From: a virus
Lineage: Duplodnaviria > Caudoviricetes
DNA: 30,290 bases
Strand: one strand, 5' to 3'
IMG/VR virus record: IMGVR_UViG_3300032283_000744
Location: 1-30,290 of that record
Shown: positions 9,535-17,021 of the stretch, piece by piece
Position numbering within the stretch: the stretch's first letter is position 1
How the letters are laid out: every line of letters starts with the position of its first letter
Position numbers and translations under genes: made by a program
Notes under the pieces: generated by a model
The model's database searches: none
Seen by the model: only the letters and a program-made list of their open reading frames with translations
Told to the model about the DNA's origin: nothing

Positions 9535-11178
9535 ATGTTTAGTGTACCGCTAAATCCCAAGCTTAACGAAAATCAGCTAAATGATTTCATTTCTTTTTTA
9601 AAGGAATATAAAGCATTTATCTACGATTTTTATTTTACTTGCAGGGTAGCTCCATTTAATCAGGATGCTATGGGTGATATATTTCAAGGTGGCAAAGAAG
9701 ATCACGACTATCTAATTGATCTTGCATTACATATTCAGCAAGAGACAGGTGTGCTTGCTTCCGCCGTATTTAACAATACAGAAGTTAGACCAGATCAACA
9801 AAACCTAGATCTATTTATTAAAAACTTTTTGCCAGTATATGAAATGGGAATTAGATCTGCCACTATACCTCACACCCACTGGATGGCCACAGGACAAATC
9901 AAAAAAGCATTCCCAGAACTATTTGTGAAGAATACTATTCTTAGGAATGTTTCAGAGCCAAGGGATATTGAGCATCTAGCAAAAGCTGGATTTGATTACA
10001 TTAACCTTGACCGTGATTTAATGCGTGATCATGAAAAGCTAAAGCGTTTTAAAAAAGCAAAGACCCAGTTTGGGGTAAAGCTATCCTTGCTAGCCAACGA
10101 AGGATGCTATGGCGGCTGTATAATGATGGACGAGCACTATCAATTTAACAATACACGCACAGACGGACCTCAGTATTTTAATGACCCTATAAGCAGGGTT
10201 TCCTGCCCAAAATGGGATCACGAAGACTTTGCTGTATCTTTAAAAACAGCTAATTTCCCGCCTTGGAGAGAAGACTGGCAAGAGTTTATTGATGACTTAG
10301 GCATTGATGTTATTAAGATGCATGGAAGAGAATCGCATGTCCGTTTAAAAGAAACTATGAACATCATCAAAAGATATGCAAATAATGAAGAAATTCTATT
10401 TGATAGCTTTAATGATTTTATTGAAGAGACAAATATGGTTGACAAGCCGATTACCATTTGGCGCAACAAGATAAAGAATTGCAAATTTGATTGTTGGGAT
10501 TGCGGATATTGTGACAAAATAATGGCTGCTAAATATGGAAAGCATATAAATCCAAAGGTTGCACTAGTAGCAAAAGAATTAGTCGATTCTGTAAACAATA
10601 CTGTTCAAATAGATATACCTGGGCTTACCTCTACTAGAGTTCAATCATTAATTAATAATCTGGCCAAGTCTTCTTCTAAGTACCTTGAAATTGGTTCTTA
10701 TCAAGGCGCTACAGCCGCTGCGGCACTAAGTGGCAACAACCTGCATGCATATTTTGTAGACACCTGGCAGGAAGCCCCACAAGCCGTAAGAGAGGGCTGG
10801 GAGACACCAAGCACCAACTCGCTAGAAGAATTTAAAAAGAACATAGATCCGTATAAAGGAAATAACAAAGTATTCATATCTAACTCAGATATGTTTAAGG
10901 TTAACGTTAAAAATATCTCAGATATTGATTTGTTCTTCTATGACGGACCGCATGATTTTGAATCTACAAGAAATGCTGTAAAGTATTACTCATCAGTATT
11001 TGCTAATCAGTCTATTTTAATATTTGATGATGCAAATTGGACGGAAGTAGTCCAGGGTGCCCATAAAGGAATACTTGAATCAGGATTAAAAATATTGTAT
11101 AGTAAGAAAGTGTTAAATGCACTTGAATCAGACACCGAGTGGTGGAATGGATTATATATAGTAGTTGTGGAAAAATAA
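9535..11178 (+). CDS. Peptidase-U32-family (Fe-S hydroxylase-type) domain fused to a class I SAM-dependent methyltransferase (Methyltransf_24-like)
   Basis: N-terminal part: GFDYINLDRDLMR, LLANEGCYGGC, a further Cys, KMHGRE (equivalent to U32 KIEGR) and CKFDCWDCGYC. C-terminal part: YLEIGSYQGAT (motif I), FVDTW, IDLFFYDGPH and ILIFDDANW. Confidence 0.8.
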   Translation: MFSVPLNPKLNENQLNDFISFLKEYKAFIYDFYFTCRVAPFNQDAMGDIFQGGKEDHDYLIDLALHIQQETGVLASAVFNNTEVRPDQQNLDLFIKNFLPVYEMGIRSATIPHTHWMATGQIKKAFPELFVKNTILRNVSEPRDIEHLAKAGFDYINLDRDLMRDHEKLKRFKKAKTQFGVKLSLLANEGCYGGCIMMDEHYQFNNTRTDGPQYFNDPISRVSCPKWDHEDFAVSLKTANFPPWREDWQEFIDDLGIDVIKMHGRESHVRLKETMNIIKRYANNEEILFDSFNDFIEETNMVDKPITIWRNKIKNCKFDCWDCGYCDKIMAAKYGKHINPKVALVAKELVDSVNNTVQIDIPGLTSTRVQSLINNLAKSSSKYLEIGSYQGATAAAALSGNNLHAYFVDTWQEAPQAVREGWETPSTNSLEEFKKNIDPYKGNNKVFISNSDMFKVNVKNISDIDLFFYDGPHDFESTRNAVKYYSSVFANQSILIFDDANWTEVVQGAHKGILESGLKILYSKKVLNALESDTEWWNGLYIVVVEK

Positions 11179-12095
11179 TGGAAATAACAAGATATTTAAT
11201 TACAGATAATCAACATTACTTGCTTTTACTGGCAATAGTAATGTCCCTATCCTTTTGGGCAAAAAAGACACAGGTATTCTTGCCTGTATACAAGTTTATA
11301 GCAAGTAAGGTAAAGTCAAAAAGATCAGTAGTTGCACTAATCTCTTTAATATCAGGAGTGCTTCCAATTAATGGACGAGCATCAGTTTCTGCAGGAGCTC
11401 TAGATACAATTGCTCCAAACAATGAAAAAAGAAAAGTATTTGGCATTATTGATTATCTTTCAACTCACCACTATTACTTTTGGTCTCCATTAGAGGCAAC
11501 GGTTCTTGTGCCTATGGCTGCCCTAAGCATTTCTTACTGGGAGTTTATGGGAAGAATTTGGCCTCTTCTTGCTACAGCTTTAATTGTAATTTTTTATTAT
11601 ATATTTAAGATTGTAAAAGAAGACGAGGTGGAGATTAATATATCTAAATCCATAACCCCGTCAACCTGGAAAGAAGACAGAAAGCAAATCAAGTCTTATG
11701 CAACAACCTTGCTGTTTGTTGGACTAGTTATAATCCTTAGCAATATTGTAAAGGCAAACTTTGATCAGATCAATGCTTGGGTAAATGGAGCACACGATAA
11801 CGGGCTATTAATTCTAGTTGCAGTTGCAGGATTTCTTGCAAGCTTTGCTCTGGGTTCAAGCGGGAAGTTCGCTGGATTTACTTCTCTGTCTGCTACAGTT
11901 TACGGCATAGATTATTTGCCACTATTCTTTGCAATAGATTATGCAGGCTACATGCTGGCCCCAACTCACAAATGCCTTGTCATCACCAAGTCATATTTTG
12001 ACACTCCGCTAAAGAAGCACTACAAGGCAATTTTTGCCTTGGTCCTGCCAATTGTTCTTGTGGGAATACTGACCTATTTAACCATAGAAAAGTAG
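11178..12095 (+). CDS. Multi-pass membrane protein, DUF401 / ion-transporter (IT) superfamily-like (305 aa)
   Basis: Probable start is ATG 11178 (TAATG overlap with the U32 gene). Many hydrophobic segments, with motifs GVLPINGRASVSA, YLSTHHYYFWSPL and GYMLAPTHKCLVITKSYF resembling the DUF401 motifs GLLP..GGA..SA, H...W.PL and SP.H.C....YF. Confidence 0.65.
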   Translation: MEITRYLITDNQHYLLLLAIVMSLSFWAKKTQVFLPVYKFIASKVKSKRSVVALISLISGVLPINGRASVSAGALDTIAPNNEKRKVFGIIDYLSTHHYYFWSPLEATVLVPMAALSISYWEFMGRIWPLLATALIVIFYYIFKIVKEDEVEINISKSITPSTWKEDRKQIKSYATTLLFVGLVIILSNIVKANFDQINAWVNGAHDNGLLILVAVAGFLASFALGSSGKFAGFTSLSATVYGIDYLPLFFAIDYAGYMLAPTHKCLVITKSYFDTPLKKHYKAIFALVLPIVLVGILTYLTIEK

Positions 12096-12124
12096 TTATC
12101 CTGCTGGCTTCTTAAATGCCTGTG

Positions 12125-12187
12125 GGGTATAATGGGTTAAGCAAAGGCAGTATAACTGTCTTTGACGATAAAGATTTATGATATACT
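12125..12187 (+). promoter_or_regulatory. Two tandem -10 elements (GGGTATAAT 12125-12133, TGATATACT 12179-12187) flanking an inverted repeat
   Basis: Located in the largest intergenic gap (12096-12208). The inverted repeat CAAAGGCAGT-ATA-ACTGTCTTTG spans 12142-12164. Confidence 0.55.
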
Positions 12188-12208
12188 TTTAGGTATAGGA
12201 GATACAAA

Positions 12209-12541
12209 ATGCCAGATTATGCAAGTTTAACGTCCCAAGTAGAGTTATTTAAAACTAAGGTAGCCGCCCTAAGCGGTTCTTCGCTTGGAGCACAAGAATT
12301 GGTTTACCTAGCTAAAGCAATTGAATCAATGGGAAATCTTTTGGGAGTCAACGACGTATTGGCAGCTACAAACACCAAGCTCAACGACATCTCAACTGCT
12401 GTAACTGGCGCCGTAACAACAGTGTCATCCGCAGGAAGTACACAAGTAGCAGCAGTCGCTGCAGCAGGAGCAACACAGGTAGCAGCTGTTGCAAATGAAT
12501 TAAACAACTTTACAATCTATCAGAATATGGGAGTAATATAA
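12209..12541 (+). CDS. Small MPDY-type helical adaptor protein (110 aa), paralog of the N-terminus of 5773..6447
   Basis: MPDYASLTSQV...L...EL......MGNLLGVND...ATN aligns with MPDYSSLTTQI...L...EL......MGNTLGVAD...ATN. SD AGGAG. Confidence 0.8.
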   Translation: MPDYASLTSQVELFKTKVAALSGSSLGAQELVYLAKAIESMGNLLGVNDVLAATNTKLNDISTAVTGAVTTVSSAGSTQVAAVAAAGATQVAAVANELNNFTIYQNMGVI

Positions 12542-12542
12542 A

Positions 12543-12863
12543 ATGCCAACAACAGTTAGCTTACCAGCACGTTTTTATGCAGGAACACTTACAAGTGCCG
12601 AAGTAGGAGTTTGGACAGTTCCAGCAGCAGAGACAGACGTAATCACATCGATTACAGTACAAAATATCACACTTGCTGCTCAAACATTTGATGTTAAAAT
12701 GGCAGGAACATTCTTGGCTTACCAGCTAAGTCTTCCACCACAAACATTCATGACCTTGGATATCAAGCAGGTTCTTAATACCGCTGAAAGTATCCTAGTT
12801 AAAGCCTCAAATAGCAACGCAGTGACGATGTTTATTTCAGGCGTAAAAATAACATCATCATAA
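12543..12863 (+). CDS. Small beta-sandwich virion protein (106 aa), homologous to the N-terminal domain of 17022..19403
   Basis: PARFYAG / ITVQN / VLNTAESI / ISGV match PIRFAG / FTVTN / ILNAGESI / ISGV in the 17022 protein. Confidence 0.75.
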   Translation: MPTTVSLPARFYAGTLTSAEVGVWTVPAAETDVITSITVQNITLAAQTFDVKMAGTFLAYQLSLPPQTFMTLDIKQVLNTAESILVKASNSNAVTMFISGVKITSS

Positions 12864-12879
12864 TTTAAAGGAGTAAAAA

Positions 12880-13875
12880 ATGTCACAAGTTTCCAACACT
12901 ACAAGCTCAATTTATTTGCCAGGACTAACTACAACAATTAATGCTGCCGTAACACAGGGACTACAAACTGGTATTACAGCACAAGCAATTGCTGCTGGTG
13001 GAGTTAGCTCAATGTTTATGCCTCTTGAAGAAAGAATATATTCATCGGGTAACTGGACACGTCCAGCAAACACTGGACCAGTAATTAAAATGGTTCTTGT
13101 CGGTGGCGGAGGCTCAGGCGGATGTGGAGTAAGTTGGTCACACTCTGGCTCAGGTGGCGGAGGAGCAGGACAGCTTGTTGAAAGATGGCTAGACGTTTCT
13201 TCAATTCCAATTGGTGGAACTATTCCAGTTACTATCGGTGCAGGCGGTCCAGCTGTAGGAGGAAACTCAAACGGAAATAACGGATCAAACTCTTCATTTG
13301 GTACAAACGGACAACCGTTTTATTTAATTGCATACGGTGGCGGTGGTGGTGGTTATCCAGAAAGCAACGGAAATAATGGAAACTCTGGAAGCATGGGAGC
13401 AGGCTACGGAAATCAAAACGGCGGAGGATCAGGCGGAGGCGGAGGATCTAACTACGGACAATCTTACGGTGCAGGCGGCGGAGGCGGCGGAGCACTAAAC
13501 GCAGGGGTAAACGCAAGATGCACAACAGTTCAAAATGGAGTTGGTTCATCTGCTCGCCAAGGAGGATTTGGTTGGGGACCTGGAGCATCAGGTGGTGGAA
13601 CTGGAGCATCTCATAACTGGACTTCATGGATTGGTACTGGCGGTGGCGGAGGAGACGGTATGTATGGAATTGCAGGCGGTGGCGGAGGCGGAGGATCAGC
13701 AGGCGGCGGAGGATCTTGTGGCGGTGGCGCAGGTGGTTCCCAAACAACAGACAACTCAGGTGGAACAGGCATGGACGGAACAGGTTCAGGCGGCGGAGGA
13801 AATAACCACTCAGGTGGAAATGGTCAAAGAGGAGGTTCTGGCGTAGCTATTATTACATACTACGTTAAGGCATAA
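12880..13875 (+). CDS. Glycine-rich adhesin-like protein A (331 aa)
   Basis: SGNWTRPAN...LVGGGGSGG...GGGGAG...AYGGGGGG...GSGGGG...GGSGVAIITY is the architecture of glycine-rich (polyglycine-II) phage adhesin domains. Confidence 0.8.
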   Translation: MSQVSNTTSSIYLPGLTTTINAAVTQGLQTGITAQAIAAGGVSSMFMPLEERIYSSGNWTRPANTGPVIKMVLVGGGGSGGCGVSWSHSGSGGGGAGQLVERWLDVSSIPIGGTIPVTIGAGGPAVGGNSNGNNGSNSSFGTNGQPFYLIAYGGGGGGYPESNGNNGNSGSMGAGYGNQNGGGSGGGGGSNYGQSYGAGGGGGGALNAGVNARCTTVQNGVGSSARQGGFGWGPGASGGGTGASHNWTSWIGTGGGGGDGMYGIAGGGGGGGSAGGGGSCGGGAGGSQTTDNSGGTGMDGTGSGGGGNNHSGGNGQRGGSGVAIITYYVKA

Positions 13876-13877
13876 TT

Positions 13878-14183
13878 ATGAGAGATTACGTATTTATTAA
13901 TGAAGATGGAACAGTATACAACATACTAAATCTAATCGGACCTGAAGCAATTGAAGCAAATGAAGACCTAAAAGATCTTTTGCACTTCGATTACACAGAC
14001 TGGGCTTACGAAGATAAGCCAGGCCCTCAATGGACATACAACAAAGAAACAGAAGCGTGGAATAAGAATGAACCATTTACCTCAGAAATTGTTGTACAAC
14101 ATCTTGTGCCTTTAACTGAACCAGTAGAAGCTACTCCAATTGTAGAGCCAGAGTCTATTATGACAGCAGGGGGTCAAGAATAA
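13878..14183 (+). CDS. Small acidic protein accompanying a glycine-rich adhesin (101 aa)
   Basis: Tightly coupled. Pattern: hydrophobic strand, DG.V.NI, then D.TD...P...WTY, similar to 14183..14428. Confidence 0.7.
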   Translation: MRDYVFINEDGTVYNILNLIGPEAIEANEDLKDLLHFDYTDWAYEDKPGPQWTYNKETEAWNKNEPFTSEIVVQHLVPLTEPVEATPIVEPESIMTAGGQE

Positions 14184-14428
14184 TGTCAAGAGTATGGGCA
14201 CTATTAGTAGATAACGTTATAGGCAATGTAATTATTGCAGAAGAAGATTTTATTGAATCTCATCCAGATTTCTCTAGATTAGATCGGATAGACATTACAG
14301 ATTATAACCCACAACCAGCAATTATGTGGACACTAGAAGATAATAAATTTAAAGCACCAGAATCAGTAAGACCAAAACCAGAGCATATAGTAAAAGAAAG
14401 TGTTCTTGAAATCGAGGTAAAATCATAA
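14183..14428 (+). CDS. Small acidic protein accompanying a glycine-rich adhesin (81 aa)
   Basis: TAATG overlaps on both sides. WALLVDNVIGNVII...DITD..PQP...WTL. Confidence 0.7.
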   Translation: MSRVWALLVDNVIGNVIIAEEDFIESHPDFSRLDRIDITDYNPQPAIMWTLEDNKFKAPESVRPKPEHIVKESVLEIEVKS

Positions 14429-15363
14429 TGGCAACATACGGAACTATTAATCAAATTTATGTACCAGGACTTGATGCTCAAATTTTAGCATCAACAACAA
14501 CCCTTTCAACATCTATTGCAATCCCATTGATTGCAGCAAATCTTTCAGGATTTTATAATGCTTACGAAACAACAATTCTAAGCGGAGGCTCATGGACACG
14601 TCCAGCAAACAGCGCACCACAAGTTGAAGTAATTCTTGTCGGTGGCGGTGGAGGCGGCGGATGTGATTGCGGATCAACAAATCACGGTGGTGGAGGAGCA
14701 GGACAACTTCTAAAAAGAACTCTTGATATTTCTTCAGTTGCAATAGGAACAGGAATTTCTATTGGTATTGCAAGCGGCGGAACATGCAATGCACAAGGTG
14801 GAAACTCAACATTTGGAACTTCAGGACAGCCATTCTACATGGTTGCATACGGTGGAGGTTCAACACAAGGTAATGGTCAGTCAGGTTCAAATGGCCCAGG
14901 CGCTAACAACAGAACAGGAGTCGGCTCAGGCGGTGGCGGACAAGGTGCGTGGCAAAATTCATGGGGCGGCGGAGGCGGCGGTGGTGGAGCAGGTGGAGCA
15001 GGAGATCAAGCTAACGTACAGTTCCCAAACTCAGGAGGATACGCAGGTTACTTTGGTGGAAGCAGATCGCCATCAGAAGGATCATCAGGTGGCGGGCCAG
15101 GAGCAGCTAACTCAAACGATTCAGCATATAGATCACAAGGTGGTCGTGGAGGCTCAGGTCTGTACGGATTAGCTGGAGGCGGCGGAGGTTGTGGAAGAGG
15201 CTCAGGTGGAGGGGGATCAGCAGGTGGAGGCTCAGGACAAGGAGACCACTCTGGATCACCAAGACATAGTGCTCAACCAAACTCAGGTAGCGGCGGAGGC
15301 GGCGGAGCTGCAAACACGGGCGGTTCAGGAATATGCAAGATTACCTATTGGGTAAAAGCTTAA
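14428..15363 (+). CDS. Glycine-rich adhesin-like protein B (311 aa), paralog of 12880..13875
   Basis: Shares IY[LV]PGL, WTRPAN, LVGGGG, GGGAGQL, FGT[NS]GQPFY, AYGG and the C-terminal ITY[YW]VKA. Confidence 0.8.
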   Translation: MATYGTINQIYVPGLDAQILASTTTLSTSIAIPLIAANLSGFYNAYETTILSGGSWTRPANSAPQVEVILVGGGGGGGCDCGSTNHGGGGAGQLLKRTLDISSVAIGTGISIGIASGGTCNAQGGNSTFGTSGQPFYMVAYGGGSTQGNGQSGSNGPGANNRTGVGSGGGGQGAWQNSWGGGGGGGGAGGAGDQANVQFPNSGGYAGYFGGSRSPSEGSSGGGPGAANSNDSAYRSQGGRGGSGLYGLAGGGGGCGRGSGGGGSAGGGSGQGDHSGSPRHSAQPNSGSGGGGGAANTGGSGICKITYWVKA

Positions 15364-15390
15364 TAATTAAAGAAATAAAAGGAGAATAAA

Positions 15391-15828
15391 ATGCCAGTAT
15401 CAATGAGCCCACAAGCTGTTACACCATCTTTGTGGACATACACATACCTTCAAGCCCCAATTAATGGCCAAGGTTTTACATACTTTAATATTCCAGTCGA
15501 GTTTCAAGACAAGGGAACAGTAAACGCTGGAGGAACAGTAGCATGTAACATAGCAGAAGCTGGCGTATTTAAAGTAATCGCAAACGGAAACTTAACAGTT
15601 TCATTTAATAATTACCCAACAACAGCCAAAGGTGCTTTCTGGCAGCTAGAAATTAAAGCAGGCGGATCTTATACAATTACTTGGCCAGGAAACATTAAGT
15701 GGGACGGTGGCGGAGCAGCAAACATTGCACCACTACTATCAACAAATACAACACTATTAAATTTCTACACTAGAGACGGTGGAACAACTGTTTTTGGTGG
15801 TTATGCATTTGCTGACCTATTCGTTTAA
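15391..15828 (+). CDS. Small beta-sandwich tail-fibre-associated protein (145 aa), paralog of 6447..6824
   Basis: DKGTV...FWQLEIKAGGSYTITWP...APLLST...FYTRDGGTT. SD AGGAG. Confidence 0.75.
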   Translation: MPVSMSPQAVTPSLWTYTYLQAPINGQGFTYFNIPVEFQDKGTVNAGGTVACNIAEAGVFKVIANGNLTVSFNNYPTTAKGAFWQLEIKAGGSYTITWPGNIKWDGGGAANIAPLLSTNTTLLNFYTRDGGTTVFGGYAFADLFV

Positions 15829-15846
15829 AAAATAAAAGGGGATTAC

Positions 15847-16290
15847 ATGTACGCAGTAGTTGAGAACAATCAAATTAAGAGTATTGGTGATATAACCATA
15901 CTTTTCCCAAACACATCGTTTCCTTCAACCGAAGAGTACGGTGATTTCCTAACAAAAAACAATTTACATCCAGTAATAACTGATTTAGAATATAATTCTA
16001 ATACAGAAAAACTAGTTCCATGCGAAGCATATCTTAAGTCTGGAAAAGTTTATAATGTAAAAGTAGAGTCAATCTCGACAGAAGATCAAAAAGATATACT
16101 GCTAGCCCATATTGACTTTGAACTAATTTCTACAGAAGGACTTGAGACTAAATCAGATTTGTCTGCAAAAGACAAAGAGTCCTGGGTAAAGTATAGAGAA
16201 AAGCTTAACCTATTAAAAGAATATTCAAATATATCAGAGATTACCTGGCCAGAAAAGCCTGTAGTCTATGGTGGAACAGAGGGAAATTAA
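15847..16290 (+). CDS. Tail assembly chaperone-like protein (147 aa), paralog of 6824..7324
   Basis: MYAVVE..I...LFPNTSFP matches MYAQVI..I...MYSSTHFP. The C-terminal W.KYREKL...ITWP matches EYRQAL...ITWP. Confidence 0.75.
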   Translation: MYAVVENNQIKSIGDITILFPNTSFPSTEEYGDFLTKNNLHPVITDLEYNSNTEKLVPCEAYLKSGKVYNVKVESISTEDQKDILLAHIDFELISTEGLETKSDLSAKDKESWVKYREKLNLLKEYSNISEITWPEKPVVYGGTEGN

Positions 16291-17007
16291 TTGTTACCTA
16301 ATCAGCGTTCAAACTTTCGTAGAGCTAGATTTACAACAGTAGGTCTACGGCTACACCTAGACGCAGCATTGCCTGGTACAGTAATTAGAGACGGATCTAA
16401 TTTTGTTTCAGCATGGAACGACAAATCTGGTGCACAACGTCACATGGTTCAAGCAACACAAGCAAATAAACCTTTGTTTCAAGCAACGGGTTTAGGTGGA
16501 TTAGGTGCTCTTCAGTTTGACGGTTCAGATGATTTTATGACATTCTCAGATCAGACCCTAGCATATATTGCTGGAAGATCTTTTACAATTTTTTATGTTG
16601 CTTCTAAGCCAGCAAACAACAATACGTATGTCATTGGCGGAACAAATACTGGAACAAGAACAAATCTTTTTGCTGGAAACCTAACTGCAAATACCCACAG
16701 AGTTGGTTTTTATAACGACGAGCAAGGATCTATTGTTACAGCAGCACCTTCTGGCACAACAGAAATTTACACAATTGTTTACGATTCATCAAATAACCAA
16801 AGAACCGTTAGAAGAAATAGAGTTGAAGTTTCTCGTGCAGTAGCTGGAGGATCTTTAGCCTCAATGACAGGACAGTCATTAGGCAGATATATTTCATCTT
16901 ATGGAAACTTTAAAATTGGAGAATTTTTAATTTACGATAGAGCTTTACAGTTTGCAGAACAAGAAACTGTTGAAAAAGATCTAATATCTAAGTGGTCTAT
17001 AGTCTAA
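16291..17007 (+). CDS. LamG/concanavalin-A-like lectin-fold protein (238 aa, TTG start)
   Basis: LRLHLDA...VSAWNDKSG...LQFDGSDD...FTIFYVA...IGEFLIYDRAL are typical LamG-like motifs. Confidence 0.75.
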   Translation: MLPNQRSNFRRARFTTVGLRLHLDAALPGTVIRDGSNFVSAWNDKSGAQRHMVQATQANKPLFQATGLGGLGALQFDGSDDFMTFSDQTLAYIAGRSFTIFYVASKPANNNTYVIGGTNTGTRTNLFAGNLTANTHRVGFYNDEQGSIVTAAPSGTTEIYTIVYDSSNNQRTVRRNRVEVSRAVAGGSLASMTGQSLGRYISSYGNFKIGEFLIYDRALQFAEQETVEKDLISKWSIV

Positions 17008-17021
17008 GGGGGATTTAAAGT

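Noticed and set aside
10480-10512. CxxxCxxC within CKFDCWDCGYC read as a radical SAM motif
   Set aside because: It lies after the barrel domain rather than near its N-terminus, has a fourth Cys, and the rest of the domain carries U32 motifs. A structural Zn or Fe-S site is more likely.
9535-11178. U32 protein as a collagenase acting on the collagen-like fibres
   Set aside because: The collagenase label is a legacy annotation. Characterised U32 members are Fe-S hydroxylation proteins, and fusion to a methyltransferase fits modification better. Not formally excluded.
13448-15313. Alternative-frame and antisense ORFs over the glycine-rich genes (13535-13846, 14762-15172, 13448-13747, 14513-14743, 15107-15313)
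   Set aside because: These are by-products of GGN codon runs and lie wholly within better-supported genes.
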